The notes under the pieces were generated by a model, which saw only the letters and a list, made by a program, of their open reading frames with translations, was not told where the DNA came from and searched no databases. A DNA stretch of 64,000 bases from assembly GCA_964304625.1 (NCBI GenBank), contig OZ199838.1:15490929-15554928 (forward strand), given 5' to 3'. This document shows positions 1-12,478 of the stretch, piece by piece. Position 1 is the first letter of the stretch. Each line of letters starts with the position of its first letter. This DNA is from Kudoa neothunni (taxonomy: Eukaryota; Animalia; Cnidaria). Both the position numbers and the translations under genes were made by a program.

Positions 1-793
1 AATCCAATATTAACTATTTCAAAATGTGGTATCTCAACATATACATAAAACAATTTAATATTTTTGTAATACGATTTTTTATTTTACTAGTAAATAAAAA
101 TTCATCAAAAAATGAAATGTGGTTAACACAACATGATTAACCCTCTAACGGACTTTGGGGTGTGTGGGACCCCAGGTTGTTTTGTTGGCTTAATCTAACT
201 AAATAATTATGGAAATGTGATCCTTAAATTATTGCGAAATTCTATCGACACAATATTTAGAAAATCACACTTTACTTAATAAATTAATCCTCAATAATCC
301 GATCTGGCGCTACTTTGCAGTCACGCACAATGAATATAAATTTGCGCACTTGGAAGAATGATAATCAAATATATTCACGTATAGGTTTATTAAAAAAATA
401 GGTTTACAATATCAATATTTTTTTATTATTAACAATTCAGTTGTTTATTGGAAGTAAGATTACAATATACATGCTCACACATTAACAATGTGATATTTTC
501 ACCCTATCGTTTCCGTACAAAATTTGCCACTTTTTGTTTGAGTTTTATTTTATTTATCAGTATATACTGAAATCAGTTCTTATATAATTATTTTTGTTTA
601 TAGTTCTTTCCAATTGTTGGGCATACAAAGTTAAAACCAACTCCTTTAAGAAATCACACCTTAACATATTTTTCTCCTCGAAGATATGTTTATATAGACA
701 AATACAATCGACCAATTTTAAGTTTAATATATAGAACCCACCATAGGCCACATTCAGCTAAAATAGCTGAATTCATAGGCATGTATTGCTTAG

Positions 794-3024
794 TCCTCTA
801 AGGTTTTTGGGGTGTATTACACCCCAAAGCGACATTAAAATAAGCATATCTCTCTATGCAAATAACTGACCAACTGATAACTCATTTTATTTCTATAAAA
901 ACATCTATAATATAGGATAAAATATGAAACTTAAAAATTAATTGAATATATACATTTCTATCGGAAGATTATCTTCTAAGGTTTTTGGAGTGTGTTTAAC
1001 CCCAGATTTTTTTGTGTTTAAAAAAACAAGTATATTATTTTAAACATAAAATTAAAGTTTCGGTTGTTTTAAACTGGTAGATGACTAAAAAAATCATGAT
1101 TGAAATTGAAGTTTTTTGAATGCCCATGCGCAAAACGGGTTGTTGAGCATTTAGCATGAGTGATTTAAGCGACATCAATGATGAATGTGGTTCATATGGT
1201 AGCGAATATGACGATTTTATTATCGGAGATTTTGAAACCAGTGAAGAGAGTATTGGAGAGGTTGTAGTCCATAGTAATATTTAATAAGGAAATTCGGCAT
1301 CACATGGAGCGATACAAAGCCACCTGCGACAAAAACTATTACCGCAAACATTATGGAATCTGCTCCTGGTCCTACTTCACATGCGTTTTTAAAGATAAAA
1401 ACAATTGTCGACTGTTTTTCGCTATTTTTCAATGAAGAATGATTTGACGTAGACATTGTTGAATTTAAAGGTTACTTGGGTCTCCATATACTGATGGGAA
1501 CGCATAGTGATCGGCAAGAGCATTTATGTGAACATTTCAGTGTCAAGGAAGGCAAAGAAATATACAGGAGGCTTTTTTCACTTCGTCATTTCAAACAGAT
1601 TAATCGATCAATCCATTTTGATGATTTTGAAACAAGGATTCAGCGAAAAGAGGCGGACAAATTTTACCCCATTCGTGAGATATGCGATAAGTGGGTAACT
1701 ATATTGCACAGGTGCTTTGCTCCAAACCAAGATGTAACGATCGATCAACAACTAGTGTCATTTCGGGGAGGATGCCCATTCAAACAATATATGCCAATGA
1801 AACCGGAAAAATATCGCTTGAAATTTTTCATGTTGGCAGATCCGATCTCAACCTATGTCTTGAATATTAGTATCTATTTGGGGAAGAACAATTCCGACAA
1901 TACGAGACAATGTAACCTTGGTGAAAGCATAGTTCTCTCTTTGTCAATACTTCTTTTTTATTCTGGCCGAAACGTGGTGGCTGATAATTTTTTTTCATCA
2001 TTTTCGCTCGTCGAAAAATTAATGGATAAAAATCTTACTTTCTTGGGAACGCCGAGAAAAAATAAAAAGGAAATCCCAAACGGTCTATTTCATTCTCCGA
2101 GAAAGCATATTTATAGTAGCCACTTTGTATTTTACAAAAATTGCATGATGGTTTCATATGTATGTGAAAAATCGAAGGCTGTCATTCTTTTGACAAGTGG
2201 CACTACCGACGACTCTGTATCGGATGAAAAGTTTAAATTCAAACCCAACGTAATATTGAATTACAACCAAACTACCAAACCAAAAGCGACGTTGATAACA
2301 TTGATAGAATGCTTGCATTTGTTTCAGTTCGCAGGTTTACGAGGAGTTGGCCTATGATGGTGTTTTTCAATATGGTTGATCTGTCCTTAGTTAATGCGTT
2401 TGCGTTATTTAAAGATATTTTCAGTGATTCAAAGAAGAGCAGGCGTGCATTTCTGAAAGAAATTGCTCAATGTCTTTACGATCCTCTTCTCTCCAGAAAT
2501 ATGCCAACCAAAATCATAAAGAATTTCCCAAAAGGTGATCGTTTTCCGAAGAAAGCACCTCCCAACAGTCTGAAACAATGTAGATATGAATATTGCGAAA
2601 GAAAAAAAGACCGTACAACATCGCAATGGTGCAAATCTTGTTTCAGATATTACTGCTTGTATAATTCATCTAACACTTGTTTTAAATGTGTAAAATAATG
2701 TCTATTATCATTAAATATATTTTTTTTCTCTTGCGATTCATGCATAGTTGGTTAATTCTCTTAGAACAAAAAATTAATGTTATATCTCAACTAACGATAT
2801 ATATGAATGGTGCGTATAACTTTAATAAATCGGATTAGAATAGGATTAATGCACATATATCGTTATGTATTTATAGGGGTTCCCCCTAATAGATTCGCTT
2901 TATAGTTTATGAATAATATTTTTATAATTTTTTGCATATATTCCAAAAATAAAAATGTGGGGTTAATTACACCCCAAAAACCTTAGTGGGGGGGGGGGGT
3001 ATCGACTTTTGGATCGTTAGGGGG
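794..3024 (+). mobile_element. piggyBac element nested inside 141-3881
   Basis: Left end TTAG|TCCTCTAAGGTTTTTGGGGTGTATTACACCCCA, internal repeat at ~973-1004, inverted subterminal copy at ~2958-2990, right end GATCGTTAGGGGG|TTAA. Encloses the transposase. Confidence 0.85.
1156..2698 (+). pseudogene. piggyBac transposase pseudogene (stop, internal deletion, frameshift)
   Basis: Acidic N-terminus from ATG 1156; motifs VTIDQQLVSFRGGCPFKQYMPMKP, VADNFFSS, DVDNIDRM (shifted frame), RSWPMMVFFNMVD; C-terminal Cys-rich domain (ORFs 1476-2357 and 2309-2698). Confidence 0.93.
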
Positions 3025-4380
3025 TTAAATGAGCATTTTCCTTTGAAAGGTAAAACTGCCTATCAACAATAATGTATTCTGAGCTTTCTGCAAACAAAAA
3101 GCAATTGGGATAGGATCACATTCCAGGATATTCTACACTGAGTTTCTTGAAGATGGTGGCTTAGTTAAAAATTATTCCGCTTTTGTTGCTTGTAGAATTT
3201 ATTGATAACTTGGCTCCTGGTATTTCATTCGAACATTTAGATACTTCAAATGTTGTTTTATCAAAATCACTACTGAAGGATTGGAATTTATCGCTGAAAT
3301 AACGAGAACAACTCATCGTTATCAAATACACCAGTTATCAATAAAAAGGGAAGATGTACTAAGTGAAACACTATGAAATGCTTCAAAAATTTAACTTTAC
3401 TTATTAGAATTTTGTTAATACAAAAAATGAAGTGAATATTTTTAAATTAACGCATTTTTCTAGTTTATAAGATGGAATTACAAGCAAAAGAAAATGTGAT
3501 TGGAATGCCGGTGTAACGACAGATTACGAGTCTCCCCGACCGAATTATCAGGGATTAGTTCGTACAGTGATCAACGATTTTCTTGATATTTCATCGATAG
3601 AATTACTTAATACTTCGAAGATCGCATGTTCATAATGTTTCAATTAGATCAAGCAAAAAAGAAAACCAATGGGTTCCCACAGACCCCCAAATCCGTTGGA
3701 GGATGGATTTTTATTTTCGTGTTATATAATAACAGTTATAAGGTAAAAAATACATCAAGATATACTTTGCATAAATATAGAAGAATAGCCAAGGTTACAT
3801 ACTTGAACGTTATTTAGAAAATATTTTATGGGAAATATAATGTGACGCTGGGGTCCCACAGACCACAAGTCCGTTAGAGGATTAATAGTTATTCTACTAT
3901 TTGCTTTCTAACAAACCACATTAAAAATGGATTAATTATTAAGCGTCACTTCAAAATATTACAACTAAACTCACAACAAACATTGTAACACATTGCACAA
4001 CAGTAAATATCATAAACAAGTGAATTTGATTGAATTCTAATTTATTGTTGTAAATGTCAATAGAATAACATCCAGTTGTTTATATTAACTCCATATATAT
4101 ATATATATATTATCCAAAGTGAATAATGCCTATGTAATTAATTTCACATCATATAAGTTCTAGAGAATTGTAGAATGAAGTCACGAGTAAACTAGCACCT
4201 CTAGTATATCTCATTACTCTTTGTTTGTTGATAATTCTATTATACATAACGAATTATGTGTTAAGCTGCTTTATTCGTTATGTTGGTCCATTTGTTTTAT
4301 CAATTAAATTAAGGCGCGACTGTTTTATTGAATGAGTAAATACCGGTTTCAACTGAAAACCTCTAAATGTTCTGTTTGGC

Positions 4381-4415
4381 GTTGCTATGGAAAACAGAGT
4401 AACACCATAGCAATG
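4381..4415. promoter_or_regulatory. RFX X-box-like motif(s)
   Basis: GTTGCTATGGAAAAC at 4381-4395 plus an inverted half-site CCATAGCAAT; compare the RFX consensus GTTGCYATGGMAAC. Confidence 0.45.
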
Positions 4416-4925
4416 TCTAAGCTATAAATATCCTTCACAAGACAAAAATACTTTGCCAAAATAATTTTATTTTTTAATCTGAATGTAGAAATTTAGGAAG
4501 ATGTAATCTTCATTATTGAATAATTAACCTAAAGTGCAAAAACCACTACAAATATACCCGATAGAATTAATCGCAAAATTGAGACATTAATCGAAGGATT
4601 AGGTTGCGAATGAATAAATTCTATTATTAAATGTCTAGGGAGAATTAATCAAACCACAGATGGTTGGTATGTAATCAAACAGTGGTTGAATATTGATTAC
4701 GATCCCTAGATTGGATTTGTAGAGCAAAACTTAGAATATTCCCCCAAAAAATTAAACACTATTTTGATAATATAATCTTTCTTTGAGTTGCTACTTGCGA
4801 AGCGATTGCACAGTTTTCGCTGCCCACCTCAAAAATTAAATACCAAAAGTTAAGTCATAAAGCTACGGGATTATAGAAATTTGGCTAAGCTTTGTTATAC
4901 GTTGAAAGCAACGCACTGACCTGGT
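4387..4925 (+). pseudogene. Decayed spliced C2-domain gene resembling the C2CD3/SAS-1 N-terminal C2 domain
   Basis: Short GT-AG introns are still visible (~4602-4638, ~4667-4708). Spliced reading gives ...LIAKLRH*SKD*|GELIKPQMVDWICRAKLRIFPQKIKHYFDNIIFL*VATCEAIAQFSLP...KFG*ALL, comparable by eye with C2CD3 VRVRWWGE..GTLFCP..RCGPKQFTSYLTD..LEV..KLGELQV. Multiple in-frame stops. Confidence 0.4.
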
Positions 4926-4996
4926 AACCTGTTCCCACCTGTAATTACTACAAGTAGACCAGCACCGTGTGCGTGAAAGTTGATTGTTGTCCTACG

Positions 4997-7900
4997 ATGA
5001 TGGAAGAAGAATTACACCTACCCGAGGATAGTAGACTTAAAAAGTGTCTTCAAGGCTCAATTCGAATATATGGTTCTTGGGATGCAAGCGATAATTCACA
5101 CTACGGCTTTATATACAGGTTCCCCAAAAGGATTCCAAATTTTATTCCTAACATTTGATATTTGATATCTGTGTAGGACGGCATTGTTGGAAATAACAAA
5201 TATAAGTTTCAATAAGAGAAAACAATCAGAACATCCTTCCGAAACTTCTGGTTATTTGAATACATGTGCATTCAGTGAATGCCATCCAACTTCCAATGGA
5301 TTGACTGATAGTGAGTATTATGTTTGTCTGGAAATGAAGGTATTAAAATATACAATCGTCAATCGAGATCAGAATCAAAATTTCAACTATAGAATGTTAA
5401 ATGTTATACTCTTCGGTCGTTGCCATTCAAAATAAGTTTCAATAAAAATGGACGATATGAGTTGCCAACCAACATAGTGATGTGTGTAAAGGTGAGCTAT
5501 TATACTCCAGTGAGGTTTAGATGAATGGTTGGATTTATAGTATCCCCATTTCAACCACCTCAAAGCCAATTACATGACTCTCTCAATACAAAAGAAAAAT
5601 AAAAACAAACCCAAATTATTAAATTTTCATCAGATTGTTGCACACGTTCATATCAATATGGAATACGTAACTAATATTTGAGGTTGTGCGAATTTGTTTT
5701 AATGCGAGCTTTTTTAGGTATTACAAAACAATCGAATTAATTCGGTCACATTGGACTGCAACAAAAGCAAAGTGTTTGACAACTGTGAAATCCACTTTAA
5801 AAGCATATCAACGTAATGGATTTTTCCATATTAAATCCGTATTAAGTTTTATTATTAATTTAGAAACGCTATTCCCATAACAACAAAATCCATGAAAAAA
5901 TCTTTCAAAAATCGTTGGCAAATAAAAGGTAAATCTACAGATAGGTTTAGATTGACTGACTGACCGACCTCATTTGATTGTACTCATTTATTCTATCTCA
6001 TGTTAAAATGGGTTTAGGTTTGCCGTATCCACAAGTACACACTTAATTTTATGTAGTTTCTATTGATAACTATAATCTCTCACAACTAGATGAATTTTAC
6101 CAGAATATTTTCACCTAAATTAAAGAGAAATTTCTCCTACACTAAAAATACCAACGTTTTTGTATAATTAATATTGGTTATTCTACTTTAAACTATGTGT
6201 GTATTTGGTTTAGAATGTTGCTAGTGGATCAGACGAAGAACGAAACACTCTTTGTTATGGTGACAGCTCAGATAGTGCGAATGACGAGTCGCTAGTTGTA
6301 AGCGAATCTTCTCTCGATGCCACTCTTGTGGACAATCATGATGACACTAATATCGACAAAAACACCAGCTATGTTAGTTCACTTGTGAACACACCTGAAC
6401 TAACTCCAGGTGTCATGATGCGACTGATTTCCACTCATAGTAACAGTAATTCTCAATCAGTAGTCGCTGAAGAGAGTAACAACTATGCAGCTTGCAGAAG
6501 AAATCCTGTGTTCACTGAATCAATTACCACTCCTCTTGGTGGTACATTTTTAAATGATTACACGATTTTCAAATACATCGAAAATGTAGTAATGTTGATT
6601 TTCTAATATAGTTTCTACCAATGGTAATAAAATTGTAAAACAAACTCTGCACCATTCTAGCTCTAATCCCTCAATTGAAAGTGACGATGGCTCAACTAAT
6701 GTTGTCGTAAATTTTAGCTGATTTCCTTCAAAAATAATTATTGGAAAATAGTTTGCTTCTAAAAACGGTCCTCATTCAATTTGCAACGACAACTATTCAG
6801 ATAATTCAACGGAGAATGATGATTCATCTTTTGTGATGCCAGCAAATATATTGGTTTTTATTTCCGATGGTATTTCAGCCATTCCCAAGGTATATCAATG
6901 CCGGCTTTTGTTGTTTTAATTTTATGGTTTCTACTTGGTTGATAATAAACATTAATATATTAGAATTATTTGATTTTTGGAAAAATTAAAATTATCTTAC
7001 TGACAAATACTTATAAATGATTTGCAATCATTTTTGGTTTCAGAAGTCATCAATTCTTACTTTAAATTAGTTATTAACTATCGTAAAAATAATTATTTTA
7101 TTCATAATTACGGTTTGAGTGTTTTGAATTTAAATCCAAAATGCGATAATTAAACTGTTATATTAATTATAATAAATTCCAATCACAATTAATTTTAATA
7201 TATTATGTTCAATTTTTCTTTGTTATCATAACAAAAATATTAAAACTCTAACTTAATTGAATCTTTAATAACAAATTATATTTCTTCGTTTGGACGTTTG
7301 AGAATCAAAATAACTATTTGGGAAATAAATTATTGAATTTTTTATCCCTTTTCCTTACTGTTATAGTTCTATGAATAAATTGAAATTTTTATTGACACCT
7401 AAATATCAATAGCTTTAATGTACTTATTATGCACAATGATTATTAAGTATGTATTCGGTTGTTTAACAACATACCATTTTGGATTTATAAACACCAAATC
7501 GACTCCCGAATCTTACCTGCGTTACGTTTAATATAATTTTAATTACTTTAATTTTTAATAAAACCACATGTGAACAATTTTAATGTGGTAATATTCGACA
7601 TATTAAAGATGTGATTGCCAACAATATTTATCTCAAATATATTTGATCTAACTTTTTTTCTTATTTCCTTTTTAACTAATATAATATTTCAATATGATAT
7701 TTTCTAATATAATTTTATAGAAATTGTACGATATGTACAGCTGTCATGACCATCCTGAAATCAATTGTGTTCATTTGCAAAGTTTTACTTGGATTCGTCA
7801 ATTTATTGAAGAATGGAATTTAATTGTGAATTCAGAGTAATTATTTTTCCATTAAAATTCATAGCTATTAATCCTCCGGGACCATATCGAATATTTCGAT

Positions 7901-10055
7901 GTTTTAAATTTCATACGCTCGCTTAAAAAAGTCCATAAAAGCCGTCTATTTTCCCAATAATGCATTAAAACTTTATATCTGAAATATCGTAAAAGAATTA
8001 CATTTTTTGTCATGATAGTACGTTTAATTGATTTATTCTTATGTTCCACCTTCTCTATGTAGATCCATTCAACGAGAAAACTGCCCATTTCTCTCCATTT
8101 ACTTCCAATTTCAAGTTTTTGGGGGGAGATTTTGAATTTTTCAAAATTTCGACGACTAAAATCGATTTTAAAATAAAATTGCGATCCCTACTTATTATCA
8201 CACTGGTTTCCGAATGTGTTTGGACAATGGTGGTATTTTCATTTTCATTTTCATTTTCATTTTCATTTTCATTTCCATTAATATGGTTAATAATGTTATA
8301 AATTTTGTGCATTTATTATTACATGAATTGCCGTTCAATCCATTATGTTTTAAATTAACCCAAGAAACTTAAGGTTGGAAGGGAGTAGCAGATTTTAAAA
8401 TAGGAGGCGGCTATTGATACGGTAAATAATGTTGAGGTGACTCTAGTTTTGAGTATATTTATTTCTGGCGCACTTCTTCGCTTTTAGGGATCAGAAAAAA
8501 TTAATTATAGCAGATTCTAAAAAATTAAATCTATAAACAGCCTGTGAGCTTGTAAGTAAGAGTTTTGGGGATTAAATTTTACCGACTCAAATATAACTTC
8601 TCTATTCCAGCGTTGCCAACCCAAATCGGGTAGCTGACTAATCAGAATTTTTTGTAAAAACGGAACTGATATTGAATTACATGTATTAATATTGTGTTGA
8701 TTTATAATTAAATCGGAAACTTCAAATTTGTCTTCATTTGATGGATGTATTGAAAAATTTCTTCATTCGAACAAGATCATCTAATGTAGAACACAACACT
8801 CTGTTTCTTCTGATGTTTTTGATATTTCCAGGAAAAAATTCTTAAAAAGGCGATTGTTAATAATTTTGTTTTTGGGGCCTATTCAATTCCTTTAGTTTCA
8901 AACAATTTTATTACAGTATTTCTTTCGATTTTTGAATAAAAACCTAACAACTATATTTGGATGAAGTTATATGTTTATATACGACTATTCGTTCATTAAA
9001 ATTAAGAAAAATTAGTCACGTAGATAATATTTAGTTAAATTTTAGTATATTCAGGTTTTAACTAAAATTAGGAATTTGTTGTAAATTGATAACACACACA
9101 TGTAATGAAACTTAGCATTGGATATCATCAACATCAGAGTTTTTTTAAAATTCGAGCATTCAGAATTCCGACACAAAAAAAACTTTTCGTGATAATTCCA
9201 AATTCCAAAATGGTTCATGATTATAATAAAACTATGACAATTGCTAATGATGGACAAAAAATCCAAATTGTTGATCTTGGCGAGAGCATAACATATCAAA
9301 ATCTGTTTATTTTCATAAATTCTTGGCATGTTTTTTTGTCTTAATTTTTTTATTACGGGGGATTTAAGAATTAATAAAATGTACTGTTGTAATTTTCCTC
9401 TATTGAACTTTTATTCCAGATATTTTAATTTTAAATAAAGCGTTGTTCCAAGTATAAAATTATTCATCGAAGATTCCCTCTTAATGAAGTCGACAATGAT
9501 TAAAATTGAATTTTTTTGTGAATTTTGCAATAACTTCCTGCCTTTGAAACATGATTCTGCGGTTATGCAACCTTTCAAAGAACAAAAGGAAAAATAGGAC
9601 ACAGTTGGCAACGCTGCTCTACTCTTGTTCATAATTTCCCAGTATATTTTGTTATAATAATTACGAGATAGTTAGCTATTTTGTTTATATTCCGATAATG
9701 GAAGAATATAAACAGAAATAGATATATAGATATATGTGGTCAAAATTACAAAAACGGTTAAATTTGATTAGTAATACTTCACTGTATTTCACATTAAAAA
9801 ATGTCTTATCTGATCAATAAAAGACCCTAACGTCGTGTTATTTTCAAAGAAAAATATGTGTAATTAAGTTTTAACAAATAATCCTTCCAATCCAATAAAT
9901 AAATAATTAGATAGACCAAAAGATTAATCAATTTAATATTACACAACTTTTTATTAGTAAACACGCGATTTTATTGTATTGGCATTTTCTAATATCTGAA
10001 ATTAGTTTACGACATTATTATTTTGATTATTATTAACGATACGAATCCCCAATTA

Positions 10056-10090
<35 letters not shown>

Positions 10091-11376
10091 ATATATATTA
10101 TATATATATATAATAAATATATATAATTATACATAATTGGTTTTCATATCGAACAGAAAATTTATAAGATCAAAATTTAGAGATGCATTTATTGATGCGA
10201 GTTGTCAAGCGAGAGTGCCGAATATTCCTTTTTGGTAACGACAAAACCATCAACAACTATATTAAAGAGCTAGCTCTTTGTAAAAATATCCCAATCTCCA
10301 TCGAGCCCTTGTCGTCAAATCAGTGGTTTTACTTCCAATTTAACTTGAGTTTCTATTTATACCCATTGGTAAGTTAGCGGTTGTTATTAATAAATATAAA
10401 ATAATTTTATTAATTAGAGTTTCCCAGTTGTTATTTTGATCATATTTCTAAACTTACCTCATCTCCGTCATTCAACGATAATTTTGGTGGTAAATTTTGG
10501 CGAGAATTTATCGCAAATGGAGTTCCTATTTCTAGTACACGTCGACTCATTAGATATTTTAATCTAAAAATTTTATTCTAGGTTCTCAAAAATCTTATGA
10601 CCATCTCGTTGATTTTTATTACATCTGACTATTACGAAATTGTTCATTGTCCTCTTGGAAAGGCTGTGTTTTGACGACGAACAGAAATGTTAACGAACAA
10701 CTATCTCTTAAAGACACCGAAGGATGTTTTGTTTTGCATTTGTTTCATCATGCCAAATAATAAACTCACACATCAAACAAACATCTCTTCCCGCCCAAGC
10801 TGGCCACCCAAATAATCTACCCTCTAAGTTTGTTATTGAGTACGAGGCTGTAGGTGACGACTCTAATAATTCTAATAATTGGAAGGTAAAATGTGGCACC
10901 ATTAACAATTAACAACATCTTTTATATTATCTTTATTTTTAGAAAATAAAAGTTAAAAAATCCTGCAAAAATTATTTATCACCTCCACAACCGCACATAT
11001 TGAAATATCAATTCACGCATCGAATGATCGTTACAGTCTTTCAAAAATAATCTCAAAGAACAGTAGTTCTAGTAGTTGCATGTTTGTGTGGACAACAGCT
11101 AAATTCGCAATTGTTTATTTTTTAGATAGAAAGGTGTTGATAGCTAAAGGCGCCAAAATTTTCCGATACTCAAAACAAAAAAATATAAAATTTGATGGTA
11201 TTACTCGCATTTTATCTCATTTGTGAATAATTTTAGTGTGCGTTGACGGAATCGTTCATCACAATATCAACTACCTGAGCGTATCCTACGAGTGGAACAA
11301 ACTGGTGAAAACATTGCCCCTGTGCTCACCCACCACACCATTATTAGACGAACAAAATAAAAACAATTTTATATAA
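4997..11376 (+). CDS. PACS: Phosphofurin acidic cluster sorting protein (PACS1/PACS2 homolog), multi-exon
   Basis: Furin-binding region SIRIYGSWD..FIYR|TALLEIT, TLRSLPF and YPHFNHLKANYMTLSIQKKNK..INMEY (cf. PACS1 [20 protein letters not shown]..INMAE). Acidic/Ser middle region at ~6215-6890; MPANILVF; RIFLFGNDKT..FYLYPL. C-terminus VCVDGIVHHNINYLSVSYEWNKLVKTLPLC (cf. VxIDGVEWSDVKFFQLAAQWxxHVKHFPIC). The junction across the ~7840-10180 intron is unresolved. Confidence 0.85.
8236..8277. repeat. (TTTTCA)n microsatellite
   Basis: About six tandem TTTTCA units. Confidence 0.9.
8409..8595. mobile_element. ~200-bp TIR MITE (GGCTATTGACACGGTAAA family), copy 1
   Basis: Starts GGCTATTGATACGGTAAA; internal similarity (ATAGCAGATTCTAAAAAATT, GTAAGAGTT) to the copy at 31505; right TIR degenerate. 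Confidence 0.65.
8608..9616. mobile_element. Non-autonomous hAT-type element in a PACS intron
   Basis: Perfect 13-bp TIR CAGCGTTGCCAAC / GTTGGCAACGCTG; 8-bp TSD CTCTATTC / CTCTACTC (7/8); second copy at 61819-62985. Confidence 0.9.
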
Positions 11377-11380
11377 AAAA

Positions 11381-12434
11381 CTAAAACAATATCTCATAGA
11401 TGTATTCACTCAGAGCTTTTCCTAATTTTCTAAATTTGGTGTGCACATTAGTGTTATTGTATGATGATGGTTAGTTGAGAAAAATACTTGCCGTTGCGTA
11501 GCTGAATGTCAGCTAATAGTAGGGATTTTGAGTCTTTATTGTTATTATAATTATCGTTATTGTTCAGCTCATTATTGCTATGGCTTTGTGTGTTAGAACG
11601 AATTTTAGCAGCTCTTTTCTTTTTAGCTGGTTTCAGGGGAACAAAACTTGAAAATGCTTCGTATAAACTATAAAAAATTAAATTCCTAATTAGCCAAATA
11701 ATCGAATATTACGCTGTGAATGTTGGATAGAGGTTGGTCACTGCCAAAGCCTTCTCGAAGGAAACCCCTTTTAACTGCATTAACAATGCCATCATCATCT
11801 CTTTGTTTGTTAATAACTAAATAATTATTATTAACAATTGTGCAGTATTTCATTTAAGTTATACCTTTGTTTTCTGTGATTGATCATTGAATACACTGAA
11901 AGGTATTAGTTTATTTGTGCCAATTTCAATGGAGGCTTCTATATCAACCTCCTATAAAAAATTATGTCTATTATTAATTGAGAGTTGAAAATACTTGGTA
12001 TTTTGATTCTAGGTATTTGGTCATATTGACCAAATAATTAACTGTATCGGGGAATGATTTCGTTTGTTTTATTAAAAATTTACTCCTGACCTAAAAGCTT
12101 ATGAGACTGAATCGTAGGAGAAGCTAAAACTAACGATAGTATTTGAAATAGCCTGGAGAAGATAGGTTTCAGGTAGTGTTCCATTTTGGTTGCAGCTGAG
12201 GTTACCTTCAATAAGATAAATAGCCTTCCTGATGTTACTAGTATGCGCTATTCTACACTAAAAGCAAAAATACATGATTAAATAAAACGGAATTAGATTA
12301 GGCAAGCTACTTTCTGTTCGTGAAACCTTCCATCAATTATACTACTGGAAAGATCGGCAATAGTTTTCCGCTCGACCAGACAATCCAACACAATCTCACA
12401 AGCTAAAAGTATCTCAGTAGGTTCACATTAGCGT

Positions 12435-12478
<44 letters not shown>

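Larger units (their letters stand above)
141..3881 (-). mobile_element. piggyBac-family element, internally deleted; outer element of nest 1
   Basis: TTAA at 137-140 and 3882-3885. ~35-bp TIR CCCTCTAACGGACTTTGGGGTGTGTGGGACCCCAG matched by CTGGGGTCCCACAGACCACAAGTCCGTTAGAGGA; an internal TIR copy lies at ~3670-3703. Minus-strand remnant of the transposase C-terminus (WPMV..., FLKELVLTLY, CEHVYC) at ~440-751. Confidence 0.85.

Noticed and set aside
4387-4925. Alternative genetic code or stop readthrough explaining the in-frame stops
   Set aside because: All three stop types plus frameshifts occur, and neighbouring genes terminate normally at TAA/TAG/TGA.
7852-8383. ORFs with ENENEN/FSFSFS; possible piggyBac N-terminal remnant
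   Set aside because: The ORFs are driven by a microsatellite, and similarity to a transposase N-terminus is too weak to call.
10183-11376. Stand-alone diacylglycerol-kinase-like or PI3K p101-like gene (GNDKT, VCVDG motifs)
   Set aside because: The C-terminal 27-aa pattern and the upstream YPHF exon match PACS better; these exons are the PACS C-terminal region.
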